Assembly: GCA_030156255.1 (NCBI GenBank)
Contig: JASGMV010000001.1
Coordinates: forward strand, 46,935-110,934
Length of the DNA stretch: 64,000 nt
Direction: 5' to 3'
DNA from: Desulfovibrionales bacterium
Lineage (GTDB): Bacteria; Desulfobacterota; Desulfovibrionia; Desulfovibrionales; Desulfovibrionaceae
The translations under genes and the position numbers were made by a program. Below the pieces are notes generated by a model. The model did no database searches. It was not told the origin of the DNA and saw only the letters and a list, made by a program, of their open reading frames with translations. Numbering within the stretch: the stretch's first letter is position 1; every line of letters begins with the position of its first letter. Below, piece after piece: positions 53,724-61,168 of this stretch.

Positions 53724-56054
53724 ATGCCGAAAAACAAAGACATCATCATCCGACACGACATCAGGGGCCGGATGCGCCTGAAGATCCGGTCCCTGAAAAA
53801 CAAAGAGGCCGCCTCGAACGTGACGGCCTCTCTGCAACGCCTCGACGGGTTGCTCTGGGTCCGGGCCAACCCGGCCTGCGCCAGCCTGGTCTTGGGCTAC
53901 AACCCGGAGGACATCCAACGGCGGGCGCTCCTGGAGCGCGTCAGCGCCGCCGTCGGGGCGCCGCCGCCGGTGCAGTCGACGGCGCCCTGCGGCGCGAAAA
54001 CCAAGGAAAAACGCCCGGTGCGGCGGGCCTTCAGGCGGTTCGCAGCCATCACGGCCGTGCTGGGCGCGGCCGTGTTCAGGTCCTCGGTCCTGGGCCTCGC
54101 CGTCGGCCAGACCCTGGCCAGCCCACTGGGAGTCGCCGGCCTGATCTTCAGCGCCCCGCTGGTCCGAAGCGGGATCAGGAAGCTCAAAAGCGGGCGCCTG
54201 AGCCTGGACGGCTTTCTGGCGGCCGGCGCCGTCGCGGCCATCACAGCCGGCGAGGCGCTGACCGCCTTTGAAATCTTGTGGATCAACTCCGGCTCCGAGC
54301 TGCTGACGGCCTGGATCGCGGAGCGCTCCCGCCGTAGCATCGCCGAAATCCTCGAAATCACGTCCCACCATACCTTCGTGCTGCAGGACGGCGTGGAGGT
54401 GGAGCGGGCCGTGAGCGAGGTGCGGCCTCAAGAGATCGTGGTGCTGCACACCGGAGAGAAAATCTCGGTGGACGGCGTGATCGTCGAAGGCGAGGCCGAG
54501 ATCAACGAGGCCCCGCTCACCGGCCGGGAGGAGCTTGTCAACCGAGGCGTCGGCGAGACGGTTTACGCCGGAACCTTCGTGTACAAAGGCGTGATCCAGG
54601 TGCGGGCCGAAAAAGTCGGCGACGCCACGTATCTGGCCCGCGTCATGCGCAAGGTTCAGGACGCCCTGGAGAATCGGGCGCCCATCGAGGGCGTGGCCGA
54701 CCAGTTGGCTCAAAGCCTGGTCCGGATCGGATTCGCTACGACGGCCGCAACCTTCCTGTTGACGGGCAGCGCCTGGCGCGCCTTCACGGTGCTGTTGGTC
54801 ATGGCCTGCCCGTGCGCCACGGTGCTCGCGGCCTCCACGGCCGTCAGCGCGGCCATCAGCGCGGCGGCCAGGCGGCGCATCCTCATCAAGGGCGGCCGCT
54901 ACCTGGAGGAAATCGGCAAATGCGACACGGTCTGTTTCGACAAGACCGGCACGCTGACCACGGCCCGCCCCATGGCGGCGCTCATCCTGCCCGAGGACGG
55001 CGTCGACGAACGGGAGCTGCTCCAATTGGCCTGCTCGGCCGAAATCCACAACCACCACCCGCTGGCCCAGGCCCTCAAGGAGGCCGCCGCGCGCCGAGGC
55101 TTGGAGCCCATCCCGCACGCCGTGTGCGTCTACTTCATGGGCATGGGCATGCGGGCGGTCATCCAGGAGCGGGAAATCCTGGTGGGCAACGACAAGCTCG
55201 CCGAAACCTTCGGCGTCGACTTCGGCGCCCGGACGCCGGAAATCCAGCGTCTCAGAAACCAAGGATATACCGTGCTCCAGGTCTACCGCGACGCGGAGCC
55301 CATAGGGCTTCTGGCCTTCGCCTCCCAGCTTCGGCCCGAGGCTGCGAACGTAATCGAACGCTTGAAGTCCATGGGCGTCAAGCGGTTCATGCTCGTCACC
55401 GGCGACGAGTACGGCTCGGCGAAACCTCTGGCGGACAAGCTCGGCATTACGGAAGTGCAGGCCTCCATCATGCCCGAAGACAAGGCCCGTTTCGTGGAAC
55501 TCGAAATGGAGCAAGGCCGCAAGGTGCTCATGGTCGGCGACGGCGTCAACGACGCCCTGGCGTTGAGCCGGGCCGACGTCGGCGCGGCCATGGGGACGAG
55601 CGGCTCCGAGGTCGCCATCGAGGCCGCGGACATCGCCTTGGTCAACGACGACCTGGAGGCGCTGGCCGACGTCTACGACCTGAGCCGGCGAACCCTGCGC
55701 GTAGTCCGGCAGAACTTCTGGATCGCCACGGGCTCCAACATCGCCGGCGCGGCCCTGGGCGCTCTCGGGCTTTTGTCCCCCGCGGCCGCCGGGCTCGTGC
55801 ACATCGGGCACACCCTGGGCGTTCTGGCCAATTCGTCCCGACTTCTCTCCTTCTCCACCACCAATTCGCCCGCCAAGGGCGCCGCCACCGGAGCGATGCA
55901 TGGACTTCCAAACACTAGCCAACCTGCGGCGCTATTTGACCGTCAAACACCACATTCCGGGCAGAATCCGCCTGAAGTTCAATCCGGCCGTGACGAAGCA
56001 CCCGGAAGTGAAAAAACTGATGAACGGCAATCACGAATTGCCTGCGGGTGTTGA
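53724..56054 (+). CDS. P1B-type heavy-metal ATPase, CPC type, with non-CxxC 'RGRMRLK' N-domain
   Basis: 'ACPCA' in TM4, 'FDKTGTLT', 'GDGVNDALAL', 'TGRE' in place of TGES, last TM 'HIGHTLGVLANSSRLL'. The N-terminus 'IIIRHDIRGRMRLKI' has no CxxC. Confidence 0.9.
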   Translation: MPKNKDIIIRHDIRGRMRLKIRSLKNKEAASNVTASLQRLDGLLWVRANPACASLVLGYNPEDIQRRALLERVSAAVGAPPPVQSTAPCGAKTKEKRPVRRAFRRFAAITAVLGAAVFRSSVLGLAVGQTLASPLGVAGLIFSAPLVRSGIRKLKSGRLSLDGFLAAGAVAAITAGEALTAFEILWINSGSELLTAWIAERSRRSIAEILEITSHHTFVLQDGVEVERAVSEVRPQEIVVLHTGEKISVDGVIVEGEAEINEAPLTGREELVNRGVGETVYAGTFVYKGVIQVRAEKVGDATYLARVMRKVQDALENRAPIEGVADQLAQSLVRIGFATTAATFLLTGSAWRAFTVLLVMACPCATVLAASTAVSAAISAAARRRILIKGGRYLEEIGKCDTVCFDKTGTLTTARPMAALILPEDGVDERELLQLACSAEIHNHHPLAQALKEAAARRGLEPIPHAVCVYFMGMGMRAVIQEREILVGNDKLAETFGVDFGARTPEIQRLRNQGYTVLQVYRDAEPIGLLAFASQLRPEAANVIERLKSMGVKRFMLVTGDEYGSAKPLADKLGITEVQASIMPEDKARFVELEMEQGRKVLMVGDGVNDALALSRADVGAAMGTSGSEVAIEAADIALVNDDLEALADVYDLSRRTLRVVRQNFWIATGSNIAGAALGALGLLSPAAAGLVHIGHTLGVLANSSRLLSFSTTNSPAKGAATGAMHGLPNTSQPAALFDRQTPHSGQNPPEVQSGRDEAPGSEKTDERQSRIACGC

Positions 56055-56217
56055 AAGCTATCGGATCAATCCCATGGCTCTCTCCCTCATTATCGAATAC
56101 GACGCCGAGCGCATCGATCCGGACCTGCTCGAAGAGCTCGCCGCGACTCGAAACGACGAACGCGCGTCCGCCATTGTCGAAGAACTTTATCAAACCCTGA
56201 TGCATCCAACCCAATAA
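55900..56217 (+). CDS. Stand-alone 'HIPGRIRLKF' HMA-like domain protein
   Basis: Shares the N-domain of both ATPases ('HHIPGRIRLKF....V..L......GV.SYRINPMALSLIIEYD'). Overlaps the ATPase-1 tail by 155 nt in another frame. Confidence 0.65.
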   Translation: MDFQTLANLRRYLTVKHHIPGRIRLKFNPAVTKHPEVKKLMNGNHELPAGVESYRINPMALSLIIEYDAERIDPDLLEELAATRNDERASAIVEELYQTLMHPTQ

Positions 56218-56229
56218 GGAGGCGATACG

Positions 56230-57180
56230 ATGAGCAGTCAGCACATGTCCATGCAACCCCAAACAGGCTCCTCCGGCTGCGGCGAAGACGCGGCCGGAGG
56301 CGGCGCCGGGCCGGCCATGCAGCCCCAACAAGGCCAGGGAGGCTTCAACGGCTCGGTCGCGCAGGGAGCGTTCATGGGACAAGGCCAAGCCCAAGGGCAG
56401 AACCCGAGCATGGGCCAGGGGCAAGCGGCCGGCCACCCCCAAGAGGCGGCCCAAGGCGCCTACATGGGGCAAGGTCAGGACGGCGCCCAAGGCCCCGACA
56501 TGGGGCAGCCCCATTTCTCCGCGCAAATTCCCGGCGCCGCGCCCTACCAGGGGCAACCCGGAGCCTTCGTCTACGGACAGCCCATGGCCGGCTACTACTC
56601 CATGGGCGAACAGCAGGCCGGCAGGCAAGCCGGCATGCAGGGATTCGGCGGCGACGCCATGGGCGCGCAAGGCGGATACGCTCCTCAGGCGGGCGCCATG
56701 GGCGGATACGCCGGCGCCTTCGCGCAAGCGCCCGGAAACGGCGGCGCTCCGGGGATGAATCCCGGGCAAGCCATGTATGGGGGCCAGGTTTTCGCCGGCC
56801 AGCAGGGCTCGGCCATGGACTACGCCCAGGCCATGGGCCGGCAATACGCCGCGAGCGCTCCGGGAGTCCAGATTCCCGGCGCATCTCCGGGATACGGACA
56901 GGAAAACCGGTACGGCGAGCTTTACGGATTGATCCAGGAAGCGGCCAACGGCAATCCTGACGTTTCCAAATTTCTTAATTTCTTCACCCAATCCAGCACG
57001 GAATTCTGGAAAGGCGCTTTGATCGGAACCGGCCTGACCCTGCTTTTGACCAACGATACGGTCAAGGGCGCCCTCTCCGGAGCCTTCGCCAGCGTGTGGG
57101 GGGCCTTTGGCAAGAGCGCCGAGGAAATGGAGGAAGAAGAAGACCGTAAAGCCGAGCAGCGCCTCGCCAACAAGGAGTAA
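56230..57180 (+). CDS. Gly/Gln/Met/Ala-rich low-complexity protein with C-terminal membrane-anchor domain
   Basis: AAGGAGG precedes the ATG. About 235 aa of '(F/Y)MGQGQ'-type repeats, then 'FWKGALIGTGLTLLLTNDTVKGALSGAFASVWGAF' and an acidic tail. Confidence 0.7.
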   Translation: MSSQHMSMQPQTGSSGCGEDAAGGGAGPAMQPQQGQGGFNGSVAQGAFMGQGQAQGQNPSMGQGQAAGHPQEAAQGAYMGQGQDGAQGPDMGQPHFSAQIPGAAPYQGQPGAFVYGQPMAGYYSMGEQQAGRQAGMQGFGGDAMGAQGGYAPQAGAMGGYAGAFAQAPGNGGAPGMNPGQAMYGGQVFAGQQGSAMDYAQAMGRQYAASAPGVQIPGASPGYGQENRYGELYGLIQEAANGNPDVSKFLNFFTQSSTEFWKGALIGTGLTLLLTNDTVKGALSGAFASVWGAFGKSAEEMEEEEDRKAEQRLANKE

Positions 57181-57183
57181 AAC

Positions 57184-57594
57184 ATGAGCATCGTCAGACA
57201 GACCAGCATCGCGCCCCGGGCCTCCCTGGCCATGGGAGCGGCAGGGGCCATCGTAGGCGGCGCCGTGGCCGCGGCCCGAGATATCGACAAAGTCAAAAAA
57301 GGCGACATGACCCGCGAAGAGGCGGTCAAGGACGTACTGAAGGAATCCGGAACCACGGGACTGGCGACAGCCGCGGCGACGGCGGTGGTCAGCTCCCTGG
57401 GCCTTACCGGCGTTCTGTCATTGGCCGGCCTCGTGGCTGTGGCCGTGGGAACCAAACGCCTGGCGGACAAGGCGTTGGCGAAGTGTGAAACGAAACGCCT
57501 GGCCGAAGGCGAATCGGAGGCCAGCGAACCCCTGAAATCCGCGCCGGCCAAAAAATCCACAACCAAAAAAGACGGCGCAGCGGCCAAGGCCTAG
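57184..57594 (+). CDS. MamC-like two-TM Gly/Ala-rich membrane protein
   Basis: 'GAIVGGAVAAARDIDKVKKGDMTREEAVKDVLKESGTTGLATAAATAV' resembles '[47 protein letters not shown]' of MamC as I recall it. Confidence 0.6.
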   Translation: MSIVRQTSIAPRASLAMGAAGAIVGGAVAAARDIDKVKKGDMTREEAVKDVLKESGTTGLATAAATAVVSSLGLTGVLSLAGLVAVAVGTKRLADKALAKCETKRLAEGESEASEPLKSAPAKKSTTKKDGAAAKA

Positions 57595-57614
57595 CCGCCC
57601 GAGGAGTATCCACC

Positions 57615-57944
57615 ATGAGCCAAGACACCAAGACCCCGGCGCTTCCGCCCGCGGACTACAACTACCAGTACAACTACGACCCGAGCTACGCCCAGTCCCA
57701 GGCCGCGGCCTATCCCTACTACAACCAGCCGTCCGCGGTGAAGAGCTGGTTCGACTTCAGCAACGCGAACTACGCCAAGGGCTTCGTCATCGGCGCCGGC
57801 GTGGCCCTGGTCCTGGCCAACCCGGCCGTGCAAAAGGCCATCGTCTCCGGAGCCGTCAAGCTCTGGTCCGGCGTCCAGGGCGGCGTGGAAGAGGTCAAAG
57901 AACGCATTCACGACATCAAAGCCGAAATGAGCTCCAAGGAGTAG
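57615..57944 (+). CDS. Tyr/Asn/Gln-rich N-terminus + membrane-anchor domain, paralogue of 56230..57180
   Basis: 'YAKGFVIGAGVALVLANPAVQKAIVSGAVKLWSGV' aligns with the C-domain of the upstream protein. GAGGAG precedes the ATG. Confidence 0.65.
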   Translation: MSQDTKTPALPPADYNYQYNYDPSYAQSQAAAYPYYNQPSAVKSWFDFSNANYAKGFVIGAGVALVLANPAVQKAIVSGAVKLWSGVQGGVEEVKERIHDIKAEMSSKE

Positions 57945-57954
57945 TCCCTCCTGA

Positions 57955-58006
57955 GCGGCCCGGGCTCGCCCCACCCCCGTCCACCCCAGGCCCGGGCCGC
58001 TTTTTT
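57955..58006 (+). terminator. Internal intrinsic terminator/attenuator inside the cluster
   Basis: gcggcccgggc (57955-65) pairs with gcccgggccgc (57990-58000) across a 24-nt C-rich loop, followed by TTTTTT (58001-06). Confidence 0.55.
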
Positions 58007-58034
58007 CCGATGTCGCGACGACAGGAGTAAACGT

Positions 58035-58286
58035 ATGAGTTCAACGAAAAAACGTACGGGCCAGACCGGTAGTCCGTCCAAATCCGGGACTTCCGGCCTG
58101 AGTACGGCGCAATCCCGGGCTCTGGCCAAGGCCGGCATGACCGCAAGCCTCGGCGTGCTGATCTGGACCGGATTCGATCAAAGCCGCGGCGCCCGCAGGC
58201 TGCACCGGCTGGCGGGCGTTTCCCTGGTCGGTTTCAGCGTCTGGCACCATATGCTCTACCCCAAAAAATCCGGAAATTCCTCATGA
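58035..58286 (+). CDS. Small two-TM membrane protein with His pair, coupled to the downstream ATPase
   Basis: AGGAG lies 7 nt before the ATG. 'MTASLGVLIWTGF' and 'LAGVSLVGFSVWHHMLY' are hydrophobic segments. The stop overlaps the ATPase start (ATGA). Confidence 0.55.
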   Translation: MSSTKKRTGQTGSPSKSGTSGLSTAQSRALAKAGMTASLGVLIWTGFDQSRGARRLHRLAGVSLVGFSVWHHMLYPKKSGNSS

Positions 58287-60409
58287 CCCGACGGCCCCCT
58301 ACCAACGGCTTGCGAATCATCCACCAGATTCCCGGGCGGGTGCGCCTGCACGGGGCGCGGCTCAGGGACCCCAATCTGGACATCGATTATCTGAGAGCCC
58401 TTCTGGAAGCCATGCCCGGCGTGCATTCCGTCCGGATCAACCAGGCGGCCGGAAGCGTGGTCATCCGACACGACAACGCAACCCATTGCGTGGACGACTT
58501 CATGCTGGCCCTTTCCCGGCTTCCGAAGGACGCCTATCTGCCCAATACGGAGGCGGACACCGGGCCGGACTTGCTGGAAGTCGCGGCCCACGCCGGAGCC
58601 GCCGCCCTGACGCCGTTTCTCCCCATGCCGATCCAAGCGGCGATGAGTTGGTTCCTCGCCGCGCCGTCCCTGGTCAAGGGGGCGGAGACCCTGCTCGCAC
58701 GGGGATTGAAAATCGAGGTGCTGGACGGAACGGTCAAGCTCCTGGCCCTGCTGCGCCAGGACTACTTCACCACCAACACCGTGGGCGCCCTGCTGGTTCT
58801 CGGCGAATACGTGGAGCGCTCTGCCGAGCGAAAAACCAACGATCTGCTCAAGAACCTGCTCCAGCCCCAGGTGGAGACCGTCAAGGTCGAGCGGGACGGC
58901 GTGGAGCGAATCATTCCCTTCGACCAGGCGCTCATCGGCGACGCGGTCCTGGTCGGCCCCGGGGAGCTCATCCCCGTGGACGGCGTGGTCGCGGAGGGGG
59001 AAGCGTCGGTCAACACCAGCTCGGTCACGGGGGAATCCGCCCCGGTCCACGCCAAACCGGGCGACAAGGCGATCTCCGGCTCCGTAGTGGAGGACGGCAA
59101 GATCAAGATCACGGCCGAGTCGGTCGGGGCGGAAACCAGCATGGCCCGCATTTCCGGATTCCTGGAAAAGTCCCTGCGCACGAAGTCCACGCATCAGAAA
59201 CGCACGGAAGAGCTGGCCGACAAGCTGGTCCCGCTGACCTTCGGCGCGGGACTCGGGCTGTACGCGCTCACCGGAGATTTGCGCCGCGCCGCCTCGGTGC
59301 TGACGGTGGACTACTCCTGCGCCATCAAGCTGAGCTATCCCGTGGCCGTCCGCTCGGCCATGTACGCGGCCGGCCGCGAGGGCGTCCTGATCAAGGGCGC
59401 CGCCAGCCTGGAGCGCCTGGCTTCGGTGGACGCGTTCGTCTTCGACAAGACCGGCACCCTTACCCACGGGGAATTGCAGGTCACGGACGTAGTCTCCCTG
59501 TCCGCATTCGAAGAAAACGAAATATTGGCCCTCGCGGCCGGAGCGGAGGCCCACTACGGCCATCCCGTGGCCGCGGCCGTGGTTTCGCGGGCCAGGGCCC
59601 TGGGCCTCAAATTCCCGGACATGAGCAACGTGGACTTCATCGTGGCCCACGGCGTGTCCGCCTACGTGGACGGCGCCCGCGTCCTGGTGGGCAGCCGCCA
59701 CTTCATCCACGACGACGAAGCCGTGGACTGCTCCCGCGCCGATACGGCGGCCAGCCGGCTTCGGGATCAGGGCAAGTCCCTGCTCTACGTAGCCAGAGAC
59801 GGAGAACTGGCGGGGCTCATCGCCATGCGCGACGACCTGCGCCTTGAAGCGGCCGAAAGCCTGCAGGCGCTCAAGGACATGGGCGTGGTGAAACTCGTCG
59901 TCCTTACCGGCGACCACGAAAGAACCGCCCAGGCCGTCTGCTCGCAGCTGCCGATGCTCGACGAAGTGCACGCGGAGCTCAAGCCCGAAGACAAGGCCGC
60001 CGTGGTGGAGAAACTCAAGGCCGAGGGGCGCCGGATCGCCTTTGTGGGCGACGGCGTCAACGACGCCCCGTCGCTTTTGGCCGCGGACGTGGGCGTATGC
60101 ATGCCCTCGGGCGCGGACCTCGCCCGGGACGCGGCCCAGGTCGTGCTCATCAAGGACGACATCCGCGGGCTGGCCCTGGCCTTGGGCGTCGCCCAGCGAA
60201 CCATTCAAACCCTGCAGCGGTGCGTGTGGAGTTCGGTGGGCGTCAACAGCGCCGTCATGGCTCTGGCCGGCGCCGGCCTGCTGCCCACGGCGCTTTCCGC
60301 AGCCGCCCACAACGGCTCAACCCTCGGCATTCTCGCCTACGCCGCCCTGCGCGGCGTCAACACCCCAGCCACAGAGGACATTCGCCCCCCCAGGAGTTTT
60401 CCATGTTGA
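58283..60409 (+). CDS. fezB: P1B-6-like heavy-metal ATPase (FezB-like), 'SCA' TM4 motif
   Basis: 'DYSCAIKLS' TM4 motif, 'SVTGES', 'FDKTGTLT', 'GDGVNDAPSL', last TM 'AAHNGSTLG'. N-domain 'IIHQIPGRVRLHG' without CxxC. Subclass and symbol rest on my recollection of the SCA signature. Confidence 0.85.
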   Translation: MTRRPPTNGLRIIHQIPGRVRLHGARLRDPNLDIDYLRALLEAMPGVHSVRINQAAGSVVIRHDNATHCVDDFMLALSRLPKDAYLPNTEADTGPDLLEVAAHAGAAALTPFLPMPIQAAMSWFLAAPSLVKGAETLLARGLKIEVLDGTVKLLALLRQDYFTTNTVGALLVLGEYVERSAERKTNDLLKNLLQPQVETVKVERDGVERIIPFDQALIGDAVLVGPGELIPVDGVVAEGEASVNTSSVTGESAPVHAKPGDKAISGSVVEDGKIKITAESVGAETSMARISGFLEKSLRTKSTHQKRTEELADKLVPLTFGAGLGLYALTGDLRRAASVLTVDYSCAIKLSYPVAVRSAMYAAGREGVLIKGAASLERLASVDAFVFDKTGTLTHGELQVTDVVSLSAFEENEILALAAGAEAHYGHPVAAAVVSRARALGLKFPDMSNVDFIVAHGVSAYVDGARVLVGSRHFIHDDEAVDCSRADTAASRLRDQGKSLLYVARDGELAGLIAMRDDLRLEAAESLQALKDMGVVKLVVLTGDHERTAQAVCSQLPMLDEVHAELKPEDKAAVVEKLKAEGRRIAFVGDGVNDAPSLLAADVGVCMPSGADLARDAAQVVLIKDDIRGLALALGVAQRTIQTLQRCVWSSVGVNSAVMALAGAGLLPTALSAAAHNGSTLGILAYAALRGVNTPATEDIRPPRSFPC

Positions 60410-61134
60410 GCAGCATCGACAAAGCGCCCGTGAACACCCCTCTCGTCATCGCCGAGATCGTTCATCAGGATCTGGCCGACAGGCTCGGGCGGTTGGACGT
60501 ACAGCCCGGCGACGAAGTCATGCGTATGGATGAAGAGGCGCTTTTCGGGCCGGTGCGCGTCCGCGGCCCCATGGGCGAAGTCATCCTGGCCGCGGGCATG
60601 GCCGCCAAAATCATCGCCCACCACGACGACGGGCACAAGACTCCGGTGCTGGAAATGAACCCCGGAGAGCAAGGCCACGTCGAGGGGTTGATCTGCGGCT
60701 CCGCCCTGGAGCAGGGCCTCGCCGTGCTGGGCATCCGCGAAAACGACAACCTGACCATGGTGCGCCGCATCCCGCCCATGGAGTACCAAGTGGTGGTGGA
60801 CGGCAAACGCGTCCACCTCTCCGAAGGCGCCGCGGCCAAGGTTTGGGTCAAGATGGGCGAGACCTTCACCCAACTGGCCTCGGCCGGCGCCGGGAGGCCC
60901 TTGCGCGTAGAGCTTCTGCTCGGAGGCAAACGGGCCTACGCCCATCTCGAATCTCTGGGCGTGGCGCCCGGAAAGACCGTGGTCGTGGAGCGGGTGGACC
61001 CGGCCCAGAGGGTGGGCCGCGAAGGCGTGGACCAAGTGGTCCTGGGCGCCGCCTCGGGCCTGCGGGTCTACCTCCGCCCCGACCAGGCCCAGAAAATTCT
61101 GGTGCGGGTGAAGGACGACAAAACGCGCGCCTGA
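60403..61134 (+). CDS. Protein made of three tandem FeoA-like domains
   Basis: Three ~75-aa units, each with the 'G....V..L...........L..LG(I/V).(P/E).G/N...V' FeoA pattern. CAGGAG precedes ATG 60403. 7-nt overlap with the ATPase. Confidence 0.8.
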   Translation: MLSSIDKAPVNTPLVIAEIVHQDLADRLGRLDVQPGDEVMRMDEEALFGPVRVRGPMGEVILAAGMAAKIIAHHDDGHKTPVLEMNPGEQGHVEGLICGSALEQGLAVLGIRENDNLTMVRRIPPMEYQVVVDGKRVHLSEGAAAKVWVKMGETFTQLASAGAGRPLRVELLLGGKRAYAHLESLGVAPGKTVVVERVDPAQRVGREGVDQVVLGAASGLRVYLRPDQAQKILVRVKDDKTRA

Positions 61135-61168
61135 AGCAGCAGCGGAAGCGGGCGGCCGCGCTTTCGGT

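Noticed and set aside
53622-55922. 766-aa ORF on the - strand (and likewise 58256..60310, 684 aa)
   Set aside because: Antisense shadows of the two P-type ATPase genes, which carry the DKTGT and GDGVNDA motifs.
53284-61134. Interpretation of the cluster as a magnetosome island because of the MamC-like protein
   Set aside because: No MamA/B/E/K/M/O/P/Q-type genes (CDF transporters, HtrA proteases, actin-like protein, magnetochromes) are present. The ATPase and FeoA content fits a ferrosome-type cluster instead.
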